Part shown: positions 39,886 to 49,145 of the stretch, in pieces
How positions within the stretch are numbered: position 1 is the stretch's first letter
Layout: each line of letters begins with the position of its first letter
DNA from: an uncultured Puniceicoccaceae bacterium
GTDB taxonomy: Bacteria; Verrucomicrobiota; Verrucomicrobiia; Opitutales; Oceanipulchritudinaceae
Assembly (NCBI GenBank): GCA_963933835.1
Contig: CAWVVV010000001.1
Location: 128,001 to 192,000, forward strand
DNA length: 64,000 nucleotides
Reading direction: 5' to 3'
The notes under the pieces: generated by a model
Database searches by the model: none
What the model was told of the DNA's origin: nothing
The model's input: only the letters and a program-made list of their open reading frames with translations
Program-made: the position numbers and the translations under genes

Positions 39886-40542
39886 TTATAGCTGTGACGC
39901 AAGCCACGCTTGCAACGACGTCAAGTCGCTGAATTCCTTCCAAGCAAGCGCTCTATCATCGGAGCTCAGCCTAGCGAGATCAGGCACTAACACTGTTCGC
40001 AAACCCGCCGACACCGCCGATCGCAATCCATTCGGACTGTCTTCAATCGCGATGAGGAGATCCTTATCAATGCCTAGCTTTTCCTGCACCGTGAGGAAAA
40101 TCTCAGGATGTGGCTTACTCTCGGATACGTCATCTCCGCAGACAACAATCTCAAAAAATTCACTGAAACCTTTCTGGGCCAGCTTACGATCTGCAACTTC
40201 GCGACGGGTCGAGGTCGCGAGCGCGAGGCGAAGATTGCACTCACGCGCCCAGACAAGGATCTCACGAGCACCTGATTTGAGTTCTACCGCGCCTCCTTCG
40301 ACCAAGTCATCATACGCCTTTGTAAAGTAGTTCCAATGGGCTTCCATAGCCGATTCTGACCCCAACAGCTCTACCATACGGGCACGGCAACGGTGCGTTG
40401 CAAAACCGATCACAGATTCGGCGAAATTCTCCGGCAAGCCTTCCCCTATTGCCTCGCGTGTGCGTGCCCAGGCTTCAGCTGAGACACGTTCACTATCGAG
40501 CAAGGTCCCATCCATATCGAAAATTATACCCGTGAGCTTCAT
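39886..40542 (-). CDS. HAD-family phosphatase (beta-PGM/YniC-like)
   Basis: FDMDGTLLDSE, ATST, KPHPEIF, EDSPNG. Confidence 0.9.
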   Translation of the reverse strand: MKLTGIIFDMDGTLLDSERVSAEAWARTREAIGEGLPENFAESVIGFATHRCRARMVELLGSESAMEAHWNYFTKAYDDLVEGGAVELKSGAREILVWARECNLRLALATSTRREVADRKLAQKGFSEFFEIVVCGDDVSESKPHPEIFLTVQEKLGIDKDLLIAIEDSPNGLRSAVSAGLRTVLVPDLARLSSDDRALAWKEFSDLTSLQAWLASQL

Positions 40543-40630
40543 CTTCAGATCAATAGCTGCCAATGCGCCTTCACTGGCAAGACTGCTTCAAACCTTGTCG
40601 CAGGGCTCCACCTCTGCACATTCTACATCT

Positions 40631-41383
40631 ATGGCAACTCTTCAAGAAATCTGCGCCTTCTGTGATAAGCGCACTCGACGCTCCGATATCAAAGACTTCC
40701 CCGGCGCCGAAAACGGCCTTCAAATCGAGAATAATGGCAAAGTGAAAAAAATCGGCGCGGCCGTAGATGCTGGCCGCTTGCCCTTCGAAGAAGCCGCACG
40801 CCGCGGGATCGATTTTCTCATCGTGCACCATGGGCTCTACTGGAACGCTCCCTTCCCTGTAACAGGAAACAACTACACGCGTTTCAAAACAGCGATCGAG
40901 GCGAACCTTGCCGTCTACGGTAGCCACCTACCACTCGACGCACATCCTGAGATCGGCAACAACGCACTCCTCGCACGTGAGCTAGGCTTAGACAAAGTAG
41001 GCACCTTCCTGCCTTATGATGGCAACGACATCGCCGTCCTCGCCAAAGGCATCAGCAGTCGCAAGGTTCTACGCAAACGCCTCGAGGCCTTTTTCCCGCA
41101 TGTCACAGCCATCGAATACGGGCCCGAATATCTAAGCAACGTCGCTATCCTCACGGGTAGTGGACGGAGCACGCTTCCACATCTCAATGCCCAAGGCACA
41201 CATACCCTCATCACGGGCGAACTCCGCCAAGAGCACTTCAACATCGCCCAAGAAGAAGGCCTTAATCTCTATTGCTGTGGCCACTACGCCACTGAGACTT
41301 TCGGCGTAAAGGCACTCGCGGCTGAAGTCGCCGCGAAGTTTAACCTAGACTGGGAATTTATCGCGACGGATTGTCCGCTCTGA
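40631..41383 (+). CDS. Nif3-like dinuclear metal protein (DUF34/YbgI)
   Basis: NGLQIE, LIVHHG, HLPLDAH, ITGE, GHYATE. Confidence 0.92.
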   Translation: MATLQEICAFCDKRTRRSDIKDFPGAENGLQIENNGKVKKIGAAVDAGRLPFEEAARRGIDFLIVHHGLYWNAPFPVTGNNYTRFKTAIEANLAVYGSHLPLDAHPEIGNNALLARELGLDKVGTFLPYDGNDIAVLAKGISSRKVLRKRLEAFFPHVTAIEYGPEYLSNVAILTGSGRSTLPHLNAQGTHTLITGELRQEHFNIAQEEGLNLYCCGHYATETFGVKALAAEVAAKFNLDWEFIATDCPL

Positions 41384-41396
41384 TCGTTCCACATCC

Positions 41397-42432
41397 CTAG
41401 CGAAGCATGAAGGCCCAGACACCTGGGTCAGTCGGACCTGGCTCAACCATATAGGCCCATGTCCCCGTATCCAGAATGAAGATCCAGGGTGCAAACTTGA
41501 TCGATAAATAGCCAAGCCAGCTGCCTGTATTTGCCCATTCATTTTGAACCCCATCCAACTCAACAGGGTAACCTGCCCACGTCGAACCGCCTGAATCATC
41601 CGGCGCGGAAACAATAGCAAGAAAGCGGGCATCACGTAAATTGTTAGCCAATTCAGTCAGATTTCCACCGTCCAAATCACATTTTAATAAGCGCCAGTTC
41701 CCTTCAGTAATATAGAATTGGTCATTATAAAGCGTCAGACCAGTGGGCCGAGATAGACCGCTCAAAAGTATCGTCACATTAGAACCGTCCAAACCTGATG
41801 TAGAGAGCGTTCCAGCCCCCAAGTCCACCCAAAAGAGTGCCGTATCCGTGGCCAATATTCCATAGGGAATGGATAGATCGCCCCCCGTAATAAGATCAAT
41901 CTGATTACCGCCATCCAAATCCATTCTAGAGACTGACTTTTCTCCAAAAGAATACGTGTAGTAGATATATTGAGAATTCACAAAGATGCCCTGATTGGCA
42001 TTAGGGGTTGAATTTAATGTAACGACGCCAGTGCCATCCAAATTAGATCTCTTGATACCAGACCCAGACGTAATCCAATAAAGCATGCCATTGTATACTT
42101 GTATGGCTCTAGGGGTGCCAATTGTTGTTCCAGAACCCAATTCCACCGATGAGCTCCCATCCTCGTTCATGGAGTGAAGGCGCGAGTCGTTGTCCTGCGT
42201 AAAATAGATCTTGTCGTTCGCATAGGCGACGCCCCAAGGCCCCCCTAAATCCCCATACATCGCCTGCTGCAAGTTAGGGGTAAGGATTCATCTGATTGGA
42301 GCCATCTAAGTCCGCACGAACAATCGTGTCACTTGTGCTGTCCGCCCAAATGATAAAATCCGCAGAAACGATGTTTGAGCAGATTAGAAAGACAGTACAA
42401 AGCGATAGTAAAAAACTAGATTTCATATTCAT
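41397..42432 (-). pseudogene. Secreted YWTD/DUF5050-like beta-propeller protein with Trp-rich C-terminus, frameshifted near 42286-42291
   Basis: Fragment 42432-42274: MNMKSSFLLSLCTVFLICSNIVSA-DFIIWADSTSDTIVRADLDGSNQM; another frame continues ILTPNLQQAMYG... with LYW/xDLDG blades; AT-rich. Confidence 0.8.
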
Positions 42433-42560
42433 GAGGAGTGATTCAAACAGTTAATATTATTCTGACACGGGGCCGAACGAATTGATGCAACAGCGATAAG
42501 TATGACTAAACTAATCCTAACTGCGCTCATAATCGCAGTTCAATCAAACCAAAAAAAATG

Positions 42561-42701
42561 CATCCTAGAGGAAGAAATCCTGAATCTGTATTGCTGTGGT
42601 CACTACGCATCTGAGGCCTTTGGCATCAACACCCTCGCTGAAGAAGTTGCTAAAGATTCGACCAAGCCCGGGAATCCATCGCAACGAATTGCCCACTTTA
42701 G
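42561..42701 (+). pseudogene. Decayed duplicate of the nif3 3' end
   Basis: Encodes EEEILNLYCCGHYASEAFGINTLAEEVA, then after a frameshift FDQARESIATNCPL*; compare QEEGLNLYCCGHYATETFGVKALAAEVAAKFNLDWEFIATDCPL* at 41242-41383. Confidence 0.88.
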
Positions 42702-42743
42702 ACGCCTTGCCATTCGCCAAGAATTCATCCAAACACACTCCTA

Positions 42744-43175
42744 ATGAAAACGATCGGCATCCTCAATGGACCTAACTTGAACCGACTTGGAACACGCGAG
42801 CCGGATGTCTACGGGTCTGCAACGCTCGCGGATCTCGAAGTGCTCCTACGCGAAGATGCAAGTGGCTTGGGCGTTAAACTGGAATTCTTTCAGAGTAATC
42901 ATGAAGGAGCGCTTGTTGATCAACTTCACACCTGGGCAGATGCTAAAATCGACGGCGTCATCCTCAACCTTGCTGCTTACACCCACACCAGTGTTGCCCT
43001 GCGTGATGCCCTTTCAGCAACCGATCTCGCAGCTATCGAGGTGCATATTTCGCATGTTTATCAGCGCGAAGAATTCCGCCATAAGTCACTGACGGCGCCC
43101 GTCTGCCTCGGTCTGATTACAGGGCTAGGTTTCGAAGGCTACCGCTCAGCTCTGCGCTTCCTCGCAGGACGCTAG
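42744..43175 (+). CDS. aroQ: Type II 3-dehydroquinate dehydratase
   Basis: LNGPNLNRLGTREPDVYG, QSNHEG, AAYTHTS, EVHISH, REEFRHKS. Confidence 0.96.
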   Translation: MKTIGILNGPNLNRLGTREPDVYGSATLADLEVLLREDASGLGVKLEFFQSNHEGALVDQLHTWADAKIDGVILNLAAYTHTSVALRDALSATDLAAIEVHISHVYQREEFRHKSLTAPVCLGLITGLGFEGYRSALRFLAGR

Positions 43176-43337
43176 AGCGCACCGAGGAACTCCCATCAAG
43201 AGCGCTACTTTTGGGATTGAGTATCGACCTAGATTCATAGCTTCAGGGTCCGTAGCCGTCATTTAATTCTACCCCCTGAACGATGCAAAAAATAGTCCGC
43301 TCCCCATTTCAGTCCTCAGTAAAGAAAACTGTCAAAG

Positions 43338-43420
43338 GTAGGGATCGGCTGTCTCAGCCGTCCGCTCTGAGCGCCTAGTAGACCCCACCCCCACCGTCCC
43401 CTGGGGACAGGCGACCCTAC
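43338..43420. repeat. REPIN-like element (GTAG-type)
   Basis: GTAGGGATCGGCTGTCTCAGCCGTCC ... CCCTGGGGACAGGCGACCCTAC: inverted pair of GTAG+hairpin units. Confidence 0.7.
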
Positions 43421-43584
43421 CAAAAACAGGTCAACAGTTGGAGGGACTTTTCTTGATCTCACCCCATCGTCCCCATCAAAGGATTCGTCTTTATTCGTGC
43501 GATTAGTGGACATCCTCATAGCATAAGACCCACAGAACGACTTCGACCCTTGATCTGCGCCACACACATTTCATCTTTCAACTT

Positions 43585-44265
43585 GTGCCCACCGAGACGC
43601 GTGAAGTTAGACCTTTTCCTGCCAAGCCCGGCCATGTCCTCAGCCCACAAGGCGAGATCCTAGCGATCCCCGAAGGCTGGGCATTGCTCGCACCCGGCGA
43701 TGCTGCCCTCAGTCGGCGCCTTAAAGCCAATGGCCCGACATGGACAGTGAAGCAGGCCAAAGGTCGCCGCGTCATCTCGCTCGGGATCTGGGCGCCCGCT
43801 GATCGCATTGAGGCGCTTCGCCAAGCACGCGAGTCAGAGAAGACGGATCCCAGCTATCAGAAGCAACTCGCTGCCGGCCGAGCCCGCCGCGCCAAGCAAG
43901 AAGAAGCCTACGGCGAAGACTTTAAAAATGCCGTCCTCAGCTACCTTAGTTTTCACGAAAATCACCGTGAGCTAGCGGGAAAGATGACCGAGCGTATCGT
44001 TGCCCACGCCATCCCTGTCGGCAGCGGCACGGTCGCTCGCACCAAACGCATACCGATCGAACAACGCGCCGAAGCCGCTACCATCGCTTGGATGCGTCAC
44101 CAAACAACCGCCTACGACACGATGCACATCCCCCGCATCAAAGGCCAACGTCGCGAAGTCCGCAGGAAACTCGCCCAATACTCGAAGCAACTTATTGAGT
44201 GTTACCGCCGTGGAGAGGCAACTGAGATGAATAACTGCCCTCTCCAAGCCAGCCTTATTACATAA
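43585..44265 (+). CDS. DUF2293-like protein
   Basis: PEGWALLAPGDAALSRR, GIWAPA, PVGSGTVART, IAWMRHQTTAYD. Confidence 0.75.
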   Translation: MPTETREVRPFPAKPGHVLSPQGEILAIPEGWALLAPGDAALSRRLKANGPTWTVKQAKGRRVISLGIWAPADRIEALRQARESEKTDPSYQKQLAAGRARRAKQEEAYGEDFKNAVLSYLSFHENHRELAGKMTERIVAHAIPVGSGTVARTKRIPIEQRAEAATIAWMRHQTTAYDTMHIPRIKGQRREVRRKLAQYSKQLIECYRRGEATEMNNCPLQASLIT

Positions 44266-44350
44266 CACCCAACACTTACAAGCCGCTGACTCAATTTATC
44301 AGATCCGGCAGCTTAGGGTCAGTTTGTCTCCAAAGTCAGACTACAGTCAC

Positions 44351-45220
44351 TCAACCCACCAGCCCCTGCGCAAAGAGTGCACGCACCCGCGCTAGATCCG
44401 TCGCACTTGTCTTCGCGAGGAAACCACTTTTGTGAGCGAAGTGAACGTCGTCTTCAGCATCGATGCGGGTAAAATCGAGGCGGGCATCATCGTTGTGTCG
44501 GGATAGGCCATAACCTTCGCCGCGACGATCGGGCACAATTGTGCCGATGACAGGCGGGCCATCCGTGAGTTGTTGGATGTAGCGCCCGAGGCCCATGCCA
44601 GCGTCATCAGACATCGATTCTTTGCGCTCGAGAAAGAGGACGCGAAGGACTTCGCCAGCGTGCTCAAACTCCCACCATTGTGCCTCTTTTTCGATTGCTA
44701 GCATGCGCGAATGCATCGACTCGATGTATTCGAGCAGATCGGCACCGATCCAGCGCATGGTTTCCCAGAGAGTTTCACCGGGTTCAAGGCGCGTGGATTT
44801 GGCGAAGCGCCGCAGGAAGGTAACATCAATGGGTGAAAGGAGTTGGCCAAGGAGGTCGCGCTCAAAGCCAAATTGCCGCGCTGTTCCAATCGCTCCACGA
44901 CAATCGAGCCATTCGGCCATTTCGAGCCAGTCGCAAAAGGCACGCGCATCCTCGTAAAGGTCGAGTGACTGCAAAATAAGGGACAGTGCACAGGTCGGCA
45001 CATGATCGCGCGGAAACTGATGATGGTCGTAGTTGTTACGCTCAGGAGCGTGTTCGCCACCGACGTCGATCACTGCGATGGAGGCGTCCGCCACCTCTGC
45101 GTCGGTCGGATCGCGGCGCTCAATCGCTACTGGATTGCGGGCAAGAAAAACAGCGCAGGCGAGAAAGTCATCTTTGTGGGCTCCACCCGGGTGCGTTACG
45201 ATCAGTTCGATGTTGGACAT
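44351..45220 (-). CDS. MYG1-family (DHH-like) metal-dependent hydrolase/exonuclease
   Basis: THPGGAHKDD, IDVGG, YDHHQ, FAHKSGF. Confidence 0.8.
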   Translation of the reverse strand: MSNIELIVTHPGGAHKDDFLACAVFLARNPVAIERRDPTDAEVADASIAVIDVGGEHAPERNNYDHHQFPRDHVPTCALSLILQSLDLYEDARAFCDWLEMAEWLDCRGAIGTARQFGFERDLLGQLLSPIDVTFLRRFAKSTRLEPGETLWETMRWIGADLLEYIESMHSRMLAIEKEAQWWEFEHAGEVLRVLFLERKESMSDDAGMGLGRYIQQLTDGPPVIGTIVPDRRGEGYGLSRHNDDARLDFTRIDAEDDVHFAHKSGFLAKTSATDLARVRALFAQGLVG

Positions 45221-45579
45221 GAGGAGCCGACGGTGGGGTCTGAGAAAATCGGCGCAATCCGAGAATACGCCAACCGCACCTCCCTCCCAAAAGAGAGCGA
45301 TCAAATGAAGGCGTATTTTCCAAGTCTCCGATCAAGAGAGGAGCCTCCCATAGGCTGCGACGGATTTCTTCAGAAACACCCATCGTTCAATGGCATCGAA
45401 CCCTGGCTCATCATGTACCCATTGAGAGTCAGGGTCAGCATGTTCAGAAAGGATACGGGCGCATTCAGTCACAGTCTCGTAGATTTAACGAAAAAACAAA
45501 ATCCCAACTGCAAGGATGAGGACTGGTCGATTTTCCACAATACTGGATCGCTCGATGCGATGCTACAAGCAGAGGAAAG

Positions 45580-45653
45580 TGGTGCGGGCGGCGGGAGTCG
45601 AACCCGCCTCTCAAGCTTGGGAAGCTCACATACTACCGATGTACTACGCCCGC
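45580..45653 (-). tRNA. tRNA-Gly (CCC)
   Basis: GCGGGCG...CGCCCGC-A-CCA, anticodon loop TTCCCAA, TTCGACT T-loop. Confidence 0.95.
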
Positions 45654-45686
45654 AGAGGTTTGAGAGGTGGCAGCCTTCTCAAAAAA

Positions 45687-45771
45687 TGGTACCCGGGGCG
45701 GGGGTTGAACCCGCACTCCCGAAGGAATCGGATTTTGAATCCGACGCGTCTGCCAATTCCGCCACCCGGGC
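45687..45771 (-). tRNA. tRNA-Leu (CAA)
   Basis: GCCCGGG...CCCGGGT-A-CCA, anticodon loop TTCAAAA, long variable arm. Confidence 0.95.
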
Positions 45772-45842
45772 ATCCAGAAGGGTTGAGAGTTGTGTATCTT
45801 TTATGCCTTGAGGCAAGGGAAAGTTGCACTAGGCAAATAGAC

Positions 45843-45877
45843 AAAAAAGCCACAACCGCTCGATGCGATTGTGGCTT
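45843..45877 (-). terminator. Intrinsic terminator after the YceI gene
   Basis: Minus strand: aagccacaatcgc-atcga-gcggttgtggctttttt. Confidence 0.75.
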
Positions 45878-45906
45878 GGTAGAAATTTTCAAGGAAGCTT
45901 CTTACT

Positions 45907-46533
45907 TTAACGCGGTGAAGCTCCGGCAATGGATAGCTTGAGCTCAATATTTTCTGAAACCTTGTCGGTGTTTTGACCGGGCTTGATGCCAAACTCACTG
46001 CGATCGATTGAGAAGGTTGCGCGGATGACGAGGAGGTCACCCTCAACATCACGTAAACGTTCAGACAGGCGACCTGGGAGGTAAGTGAGCTTAATCGGGA
46101 CGGTGATGTCTTTGGATACACCCTTGAGGGTAAAAGTGCCCATCGCGTGAGCCTCATAGGTCATCCCACTCTTCTCTACCTGAGAGATCTCTTTTAGCTC
46201 GAAAGTGATTGCACCATGGTTGGCGGTATCGAGCCAACCATCACCGTGCATGTGCTCTTGCATCTTGTTATTCGTCACGGTGAGTGACGCCGCATCAACC
46301 ACGATCGTGCCCTTGGTCGCTTCCGGATGCATGGGATCAAACGAGACTGTGCCCGAAATACCGCTAGCACTCCCGCTGATCGACTCGAGGGGAGCATCGA
46401 GGGTAAAGGTGACGTTGTTTACACCTTTAGGGTCTTTAAAATCAAAGGAAGCAGCACCGCTGGCATGGTGGTCGGCAGGAAGCGAGGCTACGAGAGCCAG
46501 CGCTGAGAGGAGAATTGTCGCAGTCTTAATCAT
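45907..46533 (-). CDS. YceI-family periplasmic lipid/isoprenoid-binding protein
   Basis: Signal peptide; ISGTVSFDP, EHMHGDGWLD, GTFTLKGVSK, IDRSEFG. Confidence 0.85.
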   Translation of the reverse strand: MIKTATILLSALALVASLPADHHASGAASFDFKDPKGVNNVTFTLDAPLESISGSASGISGTVSFDPMHPEATKGTIVVDAASLTVTNNKMQEHMHGDGWLDTANHGAITFELKEISQVEKSGMTYEAHAMGTFTLKGVSKDITVPIKLTYLPGRLSERLRDVEGDLLVIRATFSIDRSEFGIKPGQNTDKVSENIELKLSIAGASPR

Positions 46534-46575
46534 TTGAATCAGATTTTGAGTTAGAAGAGAAACAAGCGTAAGTAA

Positions 46576-46833
46576 TCAGGAGCCCTTGCGCCTGAAGAAT
46601 ATTCCGAGCGTGAACAAGACGACACCCAAAAGACATCCAGCCGCGAGCACTTCGAGGCCTGCGATGTAGGTCTCTTCATAGCTGATGCCTTCAATTCCCA
46701 AAATGGGGTCAACGGTTCGCACTTCGATGCGGTCCTTCGTCCAGCCCATGTTGAAATCGCCCGCTGCCCAAAGAGCAAACGTCGCCATCGCTGTCAGCAC
46801 TCCAGCGATTCGGAAGATAGGAGAAAGACTCAT
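46576..46833 (-). CDS. Small two-TM hypothetical membrane protein
   Basis: Two hydrophobic helices flanking a GWTKDRIEVRTVDPILGIE loop; basic C-terminus. Confidence 0.65.
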   Translation of the reverse strand: MSLSPIFRIAGVLTAMATFALWAAGDFNMGWTKDRIEVRTVDPILGIEGISYEETYIAGLEVLAAGCLLGVVLFTLGIFFRRKGS

Positions 46834-46925
46834 CAAGCAACATTCAGTGAGCGATTTGCCACAAAAGCGAACCCTCAAGGTTGTTTTATCCTGATAAGCT
46901 TACCAGGTGTTCTGATCGATAGCGA

Positions 46926-48173
46926 TTAATCCAACTCCGTCGGACGGACGACATCGGCCCCACCCTGACGGATCGCGCGATTGCGCAGACGCAAAGCCTG
47001 GAGGCGGATAAAGCCAGAGGCATCGTCAGGATTGTAATCACTCTTTACGCCTTCCATCGATGCGATGTTTTCGTCGTAAAGCGACAGGTCGGAACTGCGA
47101 CCCACGGTCGTCATATTCCCCTTGTAAAGCTTGAGACGAACGTCGCCGGTGACGGGCTCAGAGGCCTTGTCGAAGAAGGCTTGGAGTGCTTCACGCTCGG
47201 GAGCATACCAGAAGCCGTTGTAAACGAGCTCAGCGTATTTAGGAATGAGGCTATCGCGCAAGTGGGCGAGATCGCGATCCATCGTGAGGGACTCCATTTG
47301 CTTACGCGCATGGAGCAGGATGGTGCCCGCAGGGGTCTCGTAGACACCACGTGACTTCATCCCGACAAAGCGATTCTCGACGAGGTCGATGCGGCCAATG
47401 CCGTGTTTGCCAGCGAGCTTGTTGAGCGAACGCATGATGGCGGCTGGGCGCTGGGCTTCGCCATTGATCGCGGTGCAGTCGCCTTTTTCAAAACTGAGAG
47501 TGACGTATTCAGATTCATCCGGCGCGTCCTCAGGATCGACCGTGAGTTTATACATCTCCTTGTTGTCTGGAGTTGTCGGATCAAACCAAGGGTCCTCAAG
47601 GATACCCGCTTCGTAGCTGATATGGAGGAGATTGCGGTCCATCGAATACGGCTTTTTAGCCGAGGCTTCGACATCGATCTTCTGCTCATCGCAATAGGCG
47701 ATCATCTCCGTGCGCCCCGGGAACATTTCGCGAAAAACCGGCATGCGCCATGGCGAGATGATTTCGAGTTTAGGGGCGAGGGCTCCGTAAGTGAGTTCGA
47801 AACGCACTTGGTCGTTCCCCTTCCCTGTCGCGCCGTGGGAAACGGCGTCCGCGCCTTCCTTCTCAGCAATGGCGATGTGGGCCTTAGCGATGAGAGGACG
47901 CGCGATCGATGTGCCAAGGAGGTATTGACCCTCGTAGATCGCATTCGCGCGGAGCATCGGATAGATGAAGTCTTCGGCAAACTCATCGACGAGATCGAGG
48001 GTGTAGTGCTTGGAAGCACCCGTTGCCGCAGATTTCTCGGCGAGCCCATCGAGTTCTTCTTCCTGACCAACATCCGCGGCGAAGGTAATGATCTCAGCAT
48101 TGTAGTGGTTCTTCAACCAGCTGACGAGAACGGTGGTGTCGAGACCACCCGAGTAAGCGAGGACAATTTTCAT
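46926..48173 (-). CDS. argG: Argininosuccinate synthase
   Basis: [40 protein letters not shown]. Confidence 0.97.
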   Translation of the reverse strand: MKIVLAYSGGLDTTVLVSWLKNHYNAEIITFAADVGQEEELDGLAEKSAATGASKHYTLDLVDEFAEDFIYPMLRANAIYEGQYLLGTSIARPLIAKAHIAIAEKEGADAVSHGATGKGNDQVRFELTYGALAPKLEIISPWRMPVFREMFPGRTEMIAYCDEQKIDVEASAKKPYSMDRNLLHISYEAGILEDPWFDPTTPDNKEMYKLTVDPEDAPDESEYVTLSFEKGDCTAINGEAQRPAAIMRSLNKLAGKHGIGRIDLVENRFVGMKSRGVYETPAGTILLHARKQMESLTMDRDLAHLRDSLIPKYAELVYNGFWYAPEREALQAFFDKASEPVTGDVRLKLYKGNMTTVGRSSDLSLYDENIASMEGVKSDYNPDDASGFIRLQALRLRNRAIRQGGADVVRPTELD

Positions 48174-48197
48174 AGGGAAAGAATTAGAGAGAGCAGC

Positions 48198-49145
48198 TTA
48201 TTGAGTTAACTTTGCGACAATAGCCTTCTGGACGTGAAGCCGATTCTCCGCTTCATCGAAAATAATTGAGCGCGGATCATCGAGCACGGCTTGCGAGACC
48301 TCCTCCCCAGCATGCGCTGGTAGGCAATGCAGGAAGAGCGCATCCGACTTAGCCGCATTGAGAAGATCGAGGGTGACCTGATAAGGTTCCATCGTTTTGA
48401 GGCGAACTTCCTTCTCGGACTCATCACCCATACTCACCCAAACATCGGTGTAGAGCGCGTCTGCACCTTTCACAGCCTCAGCTGGGTCGGTTGTAAACCG
48501 GTAGGTCTTCGGCAAGCCCGCAGCTTCGAGGAGCGGATCGATTTTCTCAGACTCAGGAGCAAACTCAGCGGGTCCACATAGAACGATTTCCATCCCGAAA
48601 TGCGCCCCACCTAAAATCCATGAGTTCGCCATATTCGAAGCGCAGTCGCCAAAGAAGACGAGCCGCCGCCCTTTGAGCGAAGCGAAGTAATCCTCGCCCT
48701 TATCCGCCCACCGCTCCGCCACAGTAAAGGCGTCGGTGTAGATCTGACACGGGTGCAAAAGATCCGTCAGCCCGTTTACAACTGGAACCGTGGCATTCTG
48801 AGCGAGCTCTTCGACACTGGCATGGCTAAAGGTCCGGATGACGATACCGTGAACAAACCGCGAAAGCACTTGAGCAGTATCCGCAACCGTCTCACCACGG
48901 CCCATCTGGCTACCTTGCTGATCAAGGTAGAGCGGGTGTGCTCCCATTTCATGGAGCCCGACCTCGAAGCTCACGCGTGTCCGTGTACTCGGCTTATGGA
49001 AAATCATCGCCCAAGACTGTCCGGCGAGGATATCACGGCCAACAGTGGCCCGTTCAGCCTTCAGCTGGGCAGCGTGAGTGAAGACCTCCGATACTTCGGA
49101 GGTCGTAAAATCGGTCGATTTGAGAAAATCGCGCTTCATAGTCAT
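48198..49145 (-). CDS. argF: Ornithine carbamoyltransferase
   Basis: STRTRVSF, HPCQ, DVWVSMG, HCLP, AENR. Confidence 0.96.
   Translation of the reverse strand: MTMKRDFLKSTDFTTSEVSEVFTHAAQLKAERATVGRDILAGQSWAMIFHKPSTRTRVSFEVGLHEMGAHPLYLDQQGSQMGRGETVADTAQVLSRFVHGIVIRTFSHASVEELAQNATVPVVNGLTDLLHPCQIYTDAFTVAERWADKGEDYFASLKGRRLVFFGDCASNMANSWILGGAHFGMEIVLCGPAEFAPESEKIDPLLEAAGLPKTYRFTTDPAEAVKGADALYTDVWVSMGDESEKEVRLKTMEPYQVTLDLLNAAKSDALFLHCLPAHAGEEVSQAVLDDPRSIIFDEAENRLHVQKAIVAKLTQ

Noticed and set aside
42502..42744. 80-aa ORF as an independent gene
   Set aside because: Its only recognisable part is the decayed nif3 3' copy, which leaves this frame after EEVA.
45002..45811. 269-aa + strand ORF
   Set aside because: Antisense to the MYG1 gene and both tRNAs; no recognisable domain.
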